The notes beneath the pieces are model-generated. The model worked only from the letters and a program-made list of their open reading frames with translations, was not told the origin of the DNA and made no database searches. The position numbers and the translations under genes were made by a program. This document shows, one piece after another, positions 18,016 through 27,578 of a DNA stretch of 64,000 nt (positions within the stretch are counted from its first letter, which is position 1; each line of letters begins with the position of its first letter). The DNA is from an uncultured Candidatus Actinomarina sp. (GTDB taxonomy: Bacteria; Actinomycetota; Acidimicrobiia; Actinomarinales; Actinomarinaceae): NCBI GenBank assembly GCA_902555985.1, contig CACDUI010000006.1, forward strand, positions 1,709 through 65,708. Reading direction: 5' to 3'.

Positions 18016-18975
18016 TTATTGGTTTTTTGGTAAATACTTTTCTAGAAAATTACCTATTTGTTTAAAAGCCTCAATAGTCTCTGGCATTCCAACATCAATA
18101 TGGAAAACATGATACATACCTTCCCATTCAAAATATTCATGGACACATCCATCTACCTCTAATTTGTCTTTTAATCTCCTAGAATCAGAAAGCAGACACT
18201 CTTCAGTTCCAACTTGAATCATAATCGGAGGACAGTTTTCATAATTCCCCACTAATGGGATTACATAAGGGTCGTTTTCATCCATATCCTCTTCATTAAG
18301 ATAAAAATTATAAAGTTCGTCATCACTATCCCATATTTTTTTGAACATTGGACCAAGTAAGACGTCTCTTTCGGCCATTTCATATGTATATGTATCTCCT
18401 GAGCCACTTGGATCAGTCCAGGGAGATAAAAGCGCTAAACAGGAGGGCATACTTTTATTTGTTTCTTTGATCTTTAGTAAAGTAATAAGAGCTAAATGGC
18501 CTCCAGCAGAATCACCAGCAATAGCGATTTGTTCGGGCGAATAGCCCAAATCATTAATTAGGTAGTCGTAACTTTTAACACCATCCTCTAATTGGGCTGG
18601 GAATTTATTTTCTGGTCCTAAACGATAATCCGGAATATAAACTGTAGTTTTTGTTATATCTGCTAAATAACTTACTAGCGAGTAGTGAGATTGGGGACTT
18701 CCTAATGCATAACCACCGCCATGAAAATAAAGCAGAATTCTGTCTGGGTTTGAATTAGGTGTTGAAACTTTATAAGCTTTCATATCACCAAAATAAACTT
18801 CTTCCTTAATTGTTCCTTCGATTTTAGGGTTAATCGTTCCAGCTAGATTGTTAAACCATCTTGCAAAATTTAATCTGCCACTTGTAATTTCATTAGGCGT
18901 TTTATACAGAAAACCAAAAAAAGAAGCTATTTTTTTATATCTTTTTATACTTTTTTGTGCTTCTTTACTTATCAT
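18016..18975 (-). CDS. Alpha/beta hydrolase, hormone-sensitive-lipase-type esterase
   Basis: HGGGY oxyanion motif and GDSAGG nucleophile elbow. Confidence 0.85.
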   Translation of the reverse strand: MISKEAQKSIKRYKKIASFFGFLYKTPNEITSGRLNFARWFNNLAGTINPKIEGTIKEEVYFGDMKAYKVSTPNSNPDRILLYFHGGGYALGSPQSHYSLVSYLADITKTTVYIPDYRLGPENKFPAQLEDGVKSYDYLINDLGYSPEQIAIAGDSAGGHLALITLLKIKETNKSMPSCLALLSPWTDPSGSGDTYTYEMAERDVLLGPMFKKIWDSDDELYNFYLNEEDMDENDPYVIPLVGNYENCPPIMIQVGTEECLLSDSRRLKDKLEVDGCVHEYFEWEGMYHVFHIDVGMPETIEAFKQIGNFLEKYLPKNQ

Positions 18976-19056
18976 TTTATTTTTTAATAATTACCCTTCC
19001 TTAGCTTAATTTTTAAAACCGACATATTCAAAATTTTATAGTTTTATTATTGATAT

Positions 19057-19419
19057 ATGGGAAAACTTTTAGTTCATATAATCACAGGAGTTGAAAATCC
19101 AAGCAGGTCAGTTTTAGGTTTCCTGGTTGCAAAGTCAGCAATAGAGGATGGAAACGAAGTTACGATATTTTGTGCTGGAGATGGGGTCACCTCTCTACAT
19201 GAAATTACTACAAAAGAAATGCAAGGAGTAGGACTCGGAACTTTATCAGATCATTTAGAAGAGTTAAAAAATAAAGGTGCAAATCTCTATGCATCTGGAA
19301 AATCTGCTCAAGCTAGAGGGATAACAAAAGAACAATTAGAGTCATTAGGCTTTACTCCCGCCACACCTAACAGGCTCGTTGAATTAACTTTTGAAGCAGA
19401 CAGAGTATTAATTTACTAA
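19057..19419 (+). CDS. DsrE/DsrF-like family protein
   Basis: 120 aa with a DsrE-like N-terminal pattern (LVHIITGVENPSR ... IFCAGDGV). Confidence 0.65.
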   Translation: MGKLLVHIITGVENPSRSVLGFLVAKSAIEDGNEVTIFCAGDGVTSLHEITTKEMQGVGLGTLSDHLEELKNKGANLYASGKSAQARGITKEQLESLGFTPATPNRLVELTFEADRVLIY

Positions 19420-19448
19420 CAAGATTCTAAAAATTAATCTTTCTTGTT

Positions 19449-20477
19449 TTAATACAACGTAGAAACTTTTTCTAATGCTTTATTTTTTAATTCGGCATTA
19501 ACAAAACCAGCTTTAATAGTATTTCTTGTAATACTGAGAATATCTTTTTCATCTAAACCAAATGATTCGACTACATTGTTTACTTCTTCTGACATAGTTA
19601 TATCACTCATAAGTCGATTATCTGTATTTATAGTTACGTTAAATCCTGCATTGAATAGCGCACCAAATGAGTGATCTGAAACATTGGAATATGCTCCACA
19701 CTGTACATTTGAAGTTGGACAGATTTCTAAAGCAATATTGTTATCAAAAACATATTTCGCTGCAGAACTTTGAAAAGAGATTTCATCTCCATTGAGGGAT
19801 ATGTCATTAATGATCTGAGATCCATGTCCTACTCTTCTTGCATTAGAGTCTAATACAACTTCTTTAATTCCTTCTGCTACCTCCCAGTCAGCGTGAAGGG
19901 TAACGTTTATATTATTTTCTAGAGCCAAAGCGCATGCTTCACTATGATTAAGAACAGAAAAACCCACTTCAGGACCTGCGAGGTCAAAACCAATTACATC
20001 ACTGTGTTCAATGCATAAATTAACAACTTCAAGTGAGTTTTGTTCTTGTCGCATTGCACATAATATAACTCCAGCAACAATATCGTATTTTTCCATTCCA
20101 TCTTTTATGCCGTTAACTACTGAATTTATAATTTCACTCGTCGTCAAACCTTTAAATGTATGAACAAGTGGTGCAAATCTTAATTCTGCATATACCACTC
20201 CATCATTTGATAAATCTTCTAGTGCTTCCATAGTCACTCTATAAATTGAATCTTCATCCTGCATAACGCCAATAGTGTGCTCCCATGCTTCTAAGTTAAT
20301 TGCAAGTGACTTATCAGGTTTTGGTTGAATCCATTTTTTTAACTCGTCATGACTTGTTGATGGTAAGTTTTGATAATTTTGTTCATTTGCTAATTCAATT
20401 AATGTTTCAACTCTTAAACCTCCATCTAAATGATCATGAAGTACTGCTTTTGGAACAGTTTTTACCCAATCTTGCAT
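19449..20477 (-). CDS. add: Adenosine deaminase
   Basis: LHDHLDG metal-binding motif, HAGE-equivalent region and a C-terminal TINTDN motif. Confidence 0.9.
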   Translation of the reverse strand: MQDWVKTVPKAVLHDHLDGGLRVETLIELANEQNYQNLPSTSHDELKKWIQPKPDKSLAINLEAWEHTIGVMQDEDSIYRVTMEALEDLSNDGVVYAELRFAPLVHTFKGLTTSEIINSVVNGIKDGMEKYDIVAGVILCAMRQEQNSLEVVNLCIEHSDVIGFDLAGPEVGFSVLNHSEACALALENNINVTLHADWEVAEGIKEVVLDSNARRVGHGSQIINDISLNGDEISFQSSAAKYVFDNNIALEICPTSNVQCGAYSNVSDHSFGALFNAGFNVTINTDNRLMSDITMSEEVNNVVESFGLDEKDILSITRNTIKAGFVNAELKNKALEKVSTLY

Positions 20478-20533
20478 GGTAATCCTTAAAATTAGTCGTT
20501 AAATATTTCTTATCTATATCATTATATTCTTGA

Positions 20534-21811
20534 ATGAGTAAAAAAGTTTATCTTCTCTGGTTTGGTCAAACTGTTTCCTGGACAGGTTCAGCAATGTCTT
20601 TTTTTGCAGTAGGTGTATGGATATATGAAACTACAGGAAAAGCAAGTGCGCTATCAACAATATTGTTCATTGTTGCAATTGTTGGTGTAGTGACAGGACC
20701 ATTTGGCGGAGTACTTGCAGACAGATTTCCAAGAAAAAAACTAATAATTATTTTTGATTTAATAATTGCAGTACTGATGTGTGTTATCGGATATCTTGCA
20801 TTAAACGATCTCTTAACGCTGACTCTATTAATACCATTTGCTTTAGCTTTTGGTGTCTTCGAAATTGCCCACTGGACTACATGGAGTGCTTTTTTAGGCG
20901 ATGTTGTAAAAAAACAGGAAGTAACAAAAGTTTCAGCTTTATTTGAAAGTGCAGAAGCGATTTCTGTCTTAATTGGACCGATAGGTGGAGCCTTTATCTA
21001 TTCATTTTTTGGATTGCCAGGGGTTATCCTCGTTGATCTCATTACATGTTTTTTTGGCATTGCAACTATAACTTTTTTTAAAAGTAAGAAAGTTGAGATT
21101 AAAGGTAAATTAAGTTTTAAAAATGTTTATCTTGATTTAATTGAAGCTTACAACTGGTTAAAAAAACAAAAAGGTCTGCTCTCTTTAGTAACTATTCTCA
21201 CAATTGGTAATTTTTTATGGGGATTTACTTCGGTACTACTTCCACCGATGATACTTAGCTTCACTGACGCAAGGGGATTGGGCATTGTTGAATCAAGTGT
21301 GGGCTTGGCTTTTCTGTTTGGCTCCATTATTTCTCTCCGCTTAGCTGATAAGCTTCAGGGAAATTTAAAGGTTGCTATATATATGGGACTGTTAGGTGGT
21401 ATAAGTTTGATCTTAGGCTCTATCAGACCAAGCATCATTCTTTTATGTATTCATGGAGTAATTGCAGGAGTTAGTGGAACAGTTCAATATACCGTTTCTT
21501 CTGGAGCATGGTTAGCTATTACAACTGAAGATATTAGAGGTAGAGCTTTAGCACTCAGAGGGACGATTGCTCAAATGCTACGCCCCTTAGGAGTTGTTAT
21601 TGCTGGTCCTTTAGGAGATTATTTAGAGTTTACGTTTTATCCGGAAAATATCGACATTTTATCCCCACTCGTAGGAACTGGTCCTGGAAGAGGATATGCA
21701 TTCCTGTTTTTTCTTGTAGGAGTATTTTACGTAGTTCTTTGGATTGTAAATTTTAACAATAAAAATCTTAAATTCCTTTCTAAGCAGGTGATTGAAATTA
21801 CAAACAGCTAG
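20534..21811 (+). CDS. MFS transporter
   Basis: About 12 TM segments with a DRFPRKK loop motif between TM2 and TM3. Confidence 0.8.
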   Translation: MSKKVYLLWFGQTVSWTGSAMSFFAVGVWIYETTGKASALSTILFIVAIVGVVTGPFGGVLADRFPRKKLIIIFDLIIAVLMCVIGYLALNDLLTLTLLIPFALAFGVFEIAHWTTWSAFLGDVVKKQEVTKVSALFESAEAISVLIGPIGGAFIYSFFGLPGVILVDLITCFFGIATITFFKSKKVEIKGKLSFKNVYLDLIEAYNWLKKQKGLLSLVTILTIGNFLWGFTSVLLPPMILSFTDARGLGIVESSVGLAFLFGSIISLRLADKLQGNLKVAIYMGLLGGISLILGSIRPSIILLCIHGVIAGVSGTVQYTVSSGAWLAITTEDIRGRALALRGTIAQMLRPLGVVIAGPLGDYLEFTFYPENIDILSPLVGTGPGRGYAFLFFLVGVFYVVLWIVNFNNKNLKFLSKQVIEITNS

Positions 21812-21823
21812 TAAATTAAATAT

Positions 21824-22489
21824 ATGAAAGATATAAAAATTACAGATAATCATCCTGTAAATAAAAGAAAGACGCTCGGACCAATTGGAAGATTTCTTTT
21901 AAAACTTGTTAACTGGAATATAGTTGGTAATTTACCTGATAAAAAAAGAATTATAATCGCATCAGCACCACACTCATCTACTTTTGATGCCATTTATGCG
22001 TATTTTGTTTGTTTAGCAGTAGATTTAAAATTTTACTTTCTTGGTTCCGTTTCAATGTTTACGCGTATTGTTGTACCGCTTCCATTTAAAAAAAACCCAG
22101 ACAAACTAGGCATACCACATCCATTTGGAAAAATACAAAATAAACGCCTTCTTGAATTTGGGGGTATACCTGTTTGGAGAGCTAGCTCAACAGGGGTTAC
22201 TCAACAAGTTATTGATCAATTGCAGTCAGTTGATAAGTTTATTCTATATCTAACAGTTGAAGGAGAGATGAAAACAAACCAAACCATTAAAAGTGGTTTT
22301 CATTATATTGGAAAAGCACTGGATGCTACTGTTGTCCCAACCAAGATAGATTATAAAAATCGAAGATTCGAGCTAATGGAAGTTCTAGATCTTACAGACT
22401 CAGTCGAGGCAGATAAAGAAGCATTAATGGATAGGTATCATTTAGTTCAAGGTAAAAACAAAACATTTTTTAAGCCAGGTTCAAAATAA
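21824..22489 (+). CDS. PlsC-like acyltransferase (short form), paralog of 6556-7224
   Basis: APHSSTFD (HX4D), TVEGE and IDYKNRRFEL align with the 6556-7224 product. Confidence 0.65.
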   Translation: MKDIKITDNHPVNKRKTLGPIGRFLLKLVNWNIVGNLPDKKRIIIASAPHSSTFDAIYAYFVCLAVDLKFYFLGSVSMFTRIVVPLPFKKNPDKLGIPHPFGKIQNKRLLEFGGIPVWRASSTGVTQQVIDQLQSVDKFILYLTVEGEMKTNQTIKSGFHYIGKALDATVVPTKIDYKNRRFELMEVLDLTDSVEADKEALMDRYHLVQGKNKTFFKPGSK

Positions 22490-22490
22490 G

Positions 22491-22628
22491 ATGTTAGTAA
22501 TCTTAATTGCGATCATTGGATCTATAACGCTTCTGTATCTTTTTCCTAATATGACAATGTTGTTTTCAATATTTGTTGTTATTTTCTCAGTAAGATGGTT
22601 ATTGTTTAACAATAAATTTTACGAATGA
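22491..22628 (+). CDS. Small membrane protein, 45 aa (tentative)
   Basis: MLVILIAIIGSITLLYLFPNMTMLFSIFVVIFSVRWLLF... Its stop overlaps the next start (ATGA). Confidence 0.4.
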   Translation: MLVILIAIIGSITLLYLFPNMTMLFSIFVVIFSVRWLLFNNKFYE

Positions 22629-23815
22629 AAAAAAGCATAATCTTACTTTTAGTTTTAACGATGTGTAGTAGCGGTGCAGAACAAGCACAAATAGAAAACA
22701 CTTCACAAACTGAAAACACAGTGACTACCTCACAAACCGAAGATACATCGACCACTTCACAAACTGAAGACATAGGTGAAGTTATAAATCATATGTCTCT
22801 GGTTGACTACCCAGCAAAACTCTATTTTGCTGGAGATATACCAACCGAAGTTCATAGTCGAGTAGAGTATGCCTTTTCTATAATTCAAGAAAAACTCGGA
22901 AAATATCCTGTTGAAATATATTTTGTAGGAACTGATGAAAGTGAAAAAGACAATTTATCCAATCTTTTTTGTACTAACCGAGAAGAGGCCGGTAATTTTG
23001 ACCCAAATGACCTCCAATTTAATTTTCGAGATTTTGATGATTGTATGAATTTTATTGATGAAAGATATTTTTCAGAGTACCTTCGAAGTGGTCTAGAAAC
23101 TGAACAGAGAGGATATCAAGCCAGTGGCAATAAAGGCCATAATGGTCAATTCGAACAAAGGTACCATTTGCTTGTTTGGTCAAAGCCAATAGGGTTCGAA
23201 GTTGAAAATGGTGAGGGATACAACATAGAATTTAGAGGGGTATTCCATGAATATTGGCATGTATTTCAAATGGCTCATATGGATTTTTATAATTGTTCTG
23301 ATAAAGATGTTCGATCAACATGTAATTTTGATTTTGATTCAATTGACTATCTTGTTGGAGGTACGTGGCTTCAAGAAGGAACGGCAGTATTTAAAGAAAT
23401 AACGATTTTACAAGAGCAGATTAAGATAGGTAATCTTAAAAATATTCAAGGAGATATATTTCAAGATTTCAATAATCAATATTTTGACGGGCAAAGAGTT
23501 ATGGAGCAGTGTCCAGGAATGTCAATAAGAGACATAACCTACAGAGACCCATGTAGCCAGGCTGTTTATGGATGGGGAGCTTGGGCAGCTGCTTATCTGA
23601 CTCATAAAGTAAATGATCCTTATGTTTTTGAAAATGTTTATTATCCAGAATTAAAAAAATTAGGTGATCCAGAACTTGTTTTTGCTAATACATTTGGCAT
23701 GACAAGAGATGAATTTTTTGCTGATTTTGATTCATGGATCTATCTTTCTGAGGAGGAAAGAAAAATTGTAATCCCAACTGTGGAAGAACAAACAGGTAGG
23801 CTTTATTATCCTTAA
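22625..23815 (+). CDS. Gluzincin-like (peptidase MA-like) lipoprotein
   Basis: Lipobox LTMCSSG, an acidic T/S/E-rich linker, HEYWH (HExxH) and a downstream WLQEGTAVF candidate third ligand. Confidence 0.65.
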   Translation: MKKSIILLLVLTMCSSGAEQAQIENTSQTENTVTTSQTEDTSTTSQTEDIGEVINHMSLVDYPAKLYFAGDIPTEVHSRVEYAFSIIQEKLGKYPVEIYFVGTDESEKDNLSNLFCTNREEAGNFDPNDLQFNFRDFDDCMNFIDERYFSEYLRSGLETEQRGYQASGNKGHNGQFEQRYHLLVWSKPIGFEVENGEGYNIEFRGVFHEYWHVFQMAHMDFYNCSDKDVRSTCNFDFDSIDYLVGGTWLQEGTAVFKEITILQEQIKIGNLKNIQGDIFQDFNNQYFDGQRVMEQCPGMSIRDITYRDPCSQAVYGWGAWAAAYLTHKVNDPYVFENVYYPELKKLGDPELVFANTFGMTRDEFFADFDSWIYLSEEERKIVIPTVEEQTGRLYYP

Positions 23816-23819
23816 GAAC

Positions 23820-24962
23820 ATAAAGAAAACAGTACTTTTATTACTCCTAGTATCTTTTTGTGGTGGTACAGCAGAGTCAGGTTCAGTAACGAGTGAAGAC
23901 ATTTCTGTAGACGCAAATGAGGTAACACCCGAGGTTCAAAATGAAAATGACCAAGAGCAAGTAGAGTCAAAAGAAACTTCAGATGAAGAAACAACTCTAG
24001 CTGATGAAGAAACAACTACAACATCTGTTTCAGAAAGCAAAATATTATGGGGAGCTACAGATGCAAAGCCAGAAGTTTATGCTTCAGCCGATGTATCACA
24101 AACAACCATTGATCTTACTGTTGAGTGGGTAAACAAAGCAATTGGATATTGGGGTAGCTATGGACCACTTGAAATATGGATTGTCGGTACTGGTAAAGAT
24201 GAAGTAATAGCTTTAGATGAAAAATGGTGCGAAGTTCGATCAACAAAAGATCCAAATTGGAATAAAGAATGGGATTGCGCTAATGGAGATCCTTATGGAA
24301 GTGGTGATGGTTGGTCACCTTTTTATAGGTATATAGATGATGGAGGAGCTGCAGTTAGTTCTTATATTAGAGATCATTTAGGATATTATTTTAATGCCCT
24401 CATCATGTCATCTAAGTACCCAGGTCCTGAAGAAGAAGATTATAAACCAGTAATATTGCATGAATACTTTCATGTTTATCAGCATGGAAACTTATCAATA
24501 CCCGAATTACCGGACACAGATGGTGACTGGAGAACAAGTAACAGAAATGTATATTTTAATGGTGGTGAAGTACAGGTACCTTTTTTGATGGAGGGTGGAG
24601 CAGAATATATGGCACAGTATCGGTACTCCAAAGAAGCCGGTGTAGATGCAGGGTACTTAAAGCGAGTAATGGAATATAAAGCAGAAGCAATTAAGCCATA
24701 CTTCAATACAGGTAAAAGCTTAAGAGAGTTAGGTTATGACGAAGAATTTAATTCCTATGATATTCTTACATGGTTTGTTGCTTATTTGGTTCACAACACA
24801 AGTGAAGAAACTTTTAGAGTTAACTTTTGGACACAAATTGAAGACCTTGGTTTTGAAGAAGCTTTTAAAAATAATTTTGGCAAATCAGCTGATGATATGA
24901 TTGCTGAATTTGACACATGGGTTGCTCAGCCAATTGATGTATTGCTAGAAATTATTCCTTAA
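23820..24962 (+). CDS. Gluzincin-like lipoprotein, tandem paralog; non-canonical start (ATA 23820 or ATT 23805)
   Basis: The frame is open from 23772. The signal peptide (I)KKTVLLLLLVSFCGG and acidic linker are present, but there is no ATG/GTG/TTG before 24405. HEYFH and FLMEGGAEYM motifs. Confidence 0.6.
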   Translation: MKKTVLLLLLVSFCGGTAESGSVTSEDISVDANEVTPEVQNENDQEQVESKETSDEETTLADEETTTTSVSESKILWGATDAKPEVYASADVSQTTIDLTVEWVNKAIGYWGSYGPLEIWIVGTGKDEVIALDEKWCEVRSTKDPNWNKEWDCANGDPYGSGDGWSPFYRYIDDGGAAVSSYIRDHLGYYFNALIMSSKYPGPEEEDYKPVILHEYFHVYQHGNLSIPELPDTDGDWRTSNRNVYFNGGEVQVPFLMEGGAEYMAQYRYSKEAGVDAGYLKRVMEYKAEAIKPYFNTGKSLRELGYDEEFNSYDILTWFVAYLVHNTSEETFRVNFWTQIEDLGFEEAFKNNFGKSADDMIAEFDTWVAQPIDVLLEIIP

Positions 24963-25180
24963 CGGAATTTATCAAAATAACCTTTTCGCCAAGCATATCC
25001 AATCACAACTGTGAGTAATATACCTGCAAAAAAAGGTGGTATTCGGGACAGTAATAAAACAAATGCTATAAGAACTAAGGCATAGTCCACATATGTCCAA
25101 AATTTATTAGTCATTTTTGGAATTAAATTGAAGTATCTTAGAATTGAAACTGCAATAATTCCAGTTAATAAATAATACAT
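24959..25180 (-). CDS. Small 2-TM membrane protein
   Basis: 73-aa hydrophobic ORF. Its stop shares TTAA with the convergent gene. Confidence 0.5.
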   Translation of the reverse strand: MYYLLTGIIAVSILRYFNLIPKMTNKFWTYVDYALVLIAFVLLLSRIPPFFAGILLTVVIGYAWRKGYFDKFR

Positions 25181-25217
25181 TTCTTTAATTATAGGTATTA
25201 ATAAACTAAATTAAACA

Positions 25218-26057
25218 ATGACAAAAACTGCGATCATTACCGGTGCAAATAAAGGAATAGGATTAGCTGTTGCTAAGAATTTAATTTCTAAAAATTATCA
25301 GGTTATTTTAGCTTGTAGAGATATTTCGAAAGGAAAAATGGCTCAAGAGTTTCTTGGCAGCAATGCAAAATTTTTAGAATTAGATTTATCAAGACCCTCA
25401 AGTATCTCACAATTTGTAAACCAGATTAATTCGGACTACTCGGAGATAGATGTTTTATACAACAATGCTGGATTAATTTATAGAGATTTTGAATTAACTG
25501 AAGAAGGTTATGAGTCAATGCTTTCTGTAAATTATTTTGGTGCATACAGGCTAGCTTTAATGTTATTAGAAAACTTACACCGAAGATCTGGAAGGATTGT
25601 TCAAGTTACAAGTCTTTCAATGTATTTGGCAAGAACATTTAACCTAGACGGATTGCATTCTATGGAATCATTTTCTCCAAGCAACAGGTATAATCTCACA
25701 AATCTGCTTAGGTCAATGTTTGCAATTGAACTAGAAAATAAGCTTAAAAAAACATCTATTTCTGTTGCGGCTGCTCATCCAGGTGTCACAAAATCAAGAA
25801 AATCTAGACCATATGAGGTAAAGAAAATAAAAAAGTCTTTTTATACTTATTTTTCCACAAATATAAAAACTGGTATTGCGCCAATTGTCAGAGCAATTGA
25901 AGATGAAAATATTACAGCAGAACTTGTTTATGCTCCAAAAATATTAGGCGTTTATGGGAGACCATCACTCATGAAATACAATAAACTAGTTTACGACCAG
26001 GGGTTAAGAGGTAAACTTTGGTCTTACACAGTAAATGAGCTTAATTTAGATATATGA
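25218..26057 (+). CDS. Short-chain dehydrogenase/reductase (SDR)
   Basis: TGANKGIG cofactor motif and NNAG motif. Confidence 0.85.
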   Translation: MTKTAIITGANKGIGLAVAKNLISKNYQVILACRDISKGKMAQEFLGSNAKFLELDLSRPSSISQFVNQINSDYSEIDVLYNNAGLIYRDFELTEEGYESMLSVNYFGAYRLALMLLENLHRRSGRIVQVTSLSMYLARTFNLDGLHSMESFSPSNRYNLTNLLRSMFAIELENKLKKTSISVAAAHPGVTKSRKSRPYEVKKIKKSFYTYFSTNIKTGIAPIVRAIEDENITAELVYAPKILGVYGRPSLMKYNKLVYDQGLRGKLWSYTVNELNLDI

Positions 26058-26359
26058 TAATAATTCAAACCACAATAAATGAAGAGAAGAAAGCTCACGA
26101 TTTAATTAATTTACTTCTTGAAACTAAGAAAATTGCATGTGGAACTTTTAATAAAATTCAATCTTCCTACATATGGAAAGAAGAATTAATAGAAGAGTCT
26201 GAACTAGAGGTATCTTTGTATACAAAGGAATCATATATGTATGAAGTTGTAGATATCGTAAAGCAAAGACACTCATACGATCTTCCGAAAATTACTGTTA
26301 TAGAGCCGGTTTATACCCTACCTGAATATGAAGAATGGGTTAAAAATAGTACTACTTAA
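26054..26359 (+). CDS. cutA: Divalent-cation tolerance protein CutA
   Basis: About 100 aa with a CutA1 pattern (IACGTF ... SSYIWKEE ... HSYDLPKI). Confidence 0.8.
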   Translation: MIIIQTTINEEKKAHDLINLLLETKKIACGTFNKIQSSYIWKEELIEESELEVSLYTKESYMYEVVDIVKQRHSYDLPKITVIEPVYTLPEYEEWVKNSTT

Positions 26360-26834
26360 GGGACTCGAGATATCCAAATATCGAATAGTTATCTAAATTA
26401 ATTTCCCGTACATTATGTTTATCTAAAGCTGCAACAATTTGTGCCCTATGTTCTGTGGCATGGAAAATCATCATAGACAATATAACTGAAGCCTTTTGCG
26501 ATCTCATTCCTTTTGAGGTTTCATATGTAATTTCTCTATCCTCTTTATAAGCTTGCTCGATTAAATTATTATCAATTCCCTCAAGCGCTGAAAGTAGGTT
26601 GTCAATTAAATCTGGACTATCTATATCAAATTCAATTTTTGAAAATGGTTTTTCATCCAATCTTTGACCATACAAATATGAAGCGGCAACGATGTGAACC
26701 ATTATTATTCTCACTGTCCACTCTTTATCAACAACATAGTAATCAAGTACATCTGGATCTAGCTTTTTAACCTCTTTAAAAATTTCTTGATTAGCCCAAG
26801 CCATATGTTTTGCTAAAAGTTCAACAGATATCAT
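26352..26834 (-). CDS. DinB-family protein
   Basis: DinB-like four-helix pattern with His residues (HMAWAN ... HIVAAS ... HATEHRAQI). Confidence 0.65.
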   Translation of the reverse strand: MISVELLAKHMAWANQEIFKEVKKLDPDVLDYYVVDKEWTVRIIMVHIVAASYLYGQRLDEKPFSKIEFDIDSPDLIDNLLSALEGIDNNLIEQAYKEDREITYETSKGMRSQKASVILSMMIFHATEHRAQIVAALDKHNVREINLDNYSIFGYLESLK

Positions 26835-27127
26835 TTTTCCTCCAAATTTTCTATTCTTTTTTTTAATTCCCTTACTTCTACAGAAAGTACTTCAATAGCA
26901 TCTACATTTTTTGCAGATCGTATATACCGATCGTTTTGCCACTTTATTCCCCACTTAGTTAAACCAATACTAAAAATAGCAATAGGCAACACTACAAATA
27001 ATGCAGCAGGTTCACCACCAAGAGTGACAGCTAACAACATGACACCAAATATAAGGTACATAAAAGACATAACAACTTTTTCTATGGTTCGGGTAGTTTT
27101 TCTTTCTGTACTTTCTGTTGAACTCAT
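26831..27127 (-). CDS. Small membrane protein with a C-terminal coiled-coil
   Basis: 98-aa ORF with two TM segments. ATGA-type overlap with the downstream gene. Confidence 0.5.
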   Translation of the reverse strand: MSSTESTERKTTRTIEKVVMSFMYLIFGVMLLAVTLGGEPAALFVVLPIAIFSIGLTKWGIKWQNDRYIRSAKNVDAIEVLSVEVRELKKRIENLEEK

Positions 27128-27161
27128 ACTTAAACAATACAGTATGATTTAAAATAGTTCT

Positions 27162-27575
27162 ATGAAGATACTTGTTGTGTGTACTGGAAATTCATGTCGT
27201 TCTCAGATGGCTGAAGGCTTAATTAAGAATAGATTTCCAGATTTTGAAGTTTTTTCGGCAGGAACACATCCTGAATCAAATGTTAATCCTTACGCTGTAA
27301 GAGTCATGCAAGAAAAAGGGATTGATATAAGTAGTCATTATCCAAAATTAGTAGATGACCTCCTTGATACTGAATTTGATTATGCTTTAACAGTTTGTGA
27401 TTCAGCAAACGAACTATGTCCAGTTTTTCCTAATGCAAAAAATAGAATACATAAATCTTTTGTTGACCCAAAAAGAGATCATTATGATTCAGAAGAACAT
27501 GCTGTAGAGATATATACAGAGACGATGAACTTAATTGACCAGTGGATTGATGAATTAGAAACCCAGTGGGAGTAG
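27162..27575 (+). CDS. Low-molecular-weight phosphotyrosine phosphatase / ArsC-type arsenate reductase
   Basis: VCTGNSCRSQMAEG P-loop (CX5R(S/T)). Confidence 0.8.
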   Translation: MKILVVCTGNSCRSQMAEGLIKNRFPDFEVFSAGTHPESNVNPYAVRVMQEKGIDISSHYPKLVDDLLDTEFDYALTVCDSANELCPVFPNAKNRIHKSFVDPKRDHYDSEEHAVEIYTETMNLIDQWIDELETQWE

Positions 27576-27578
27576 CCT

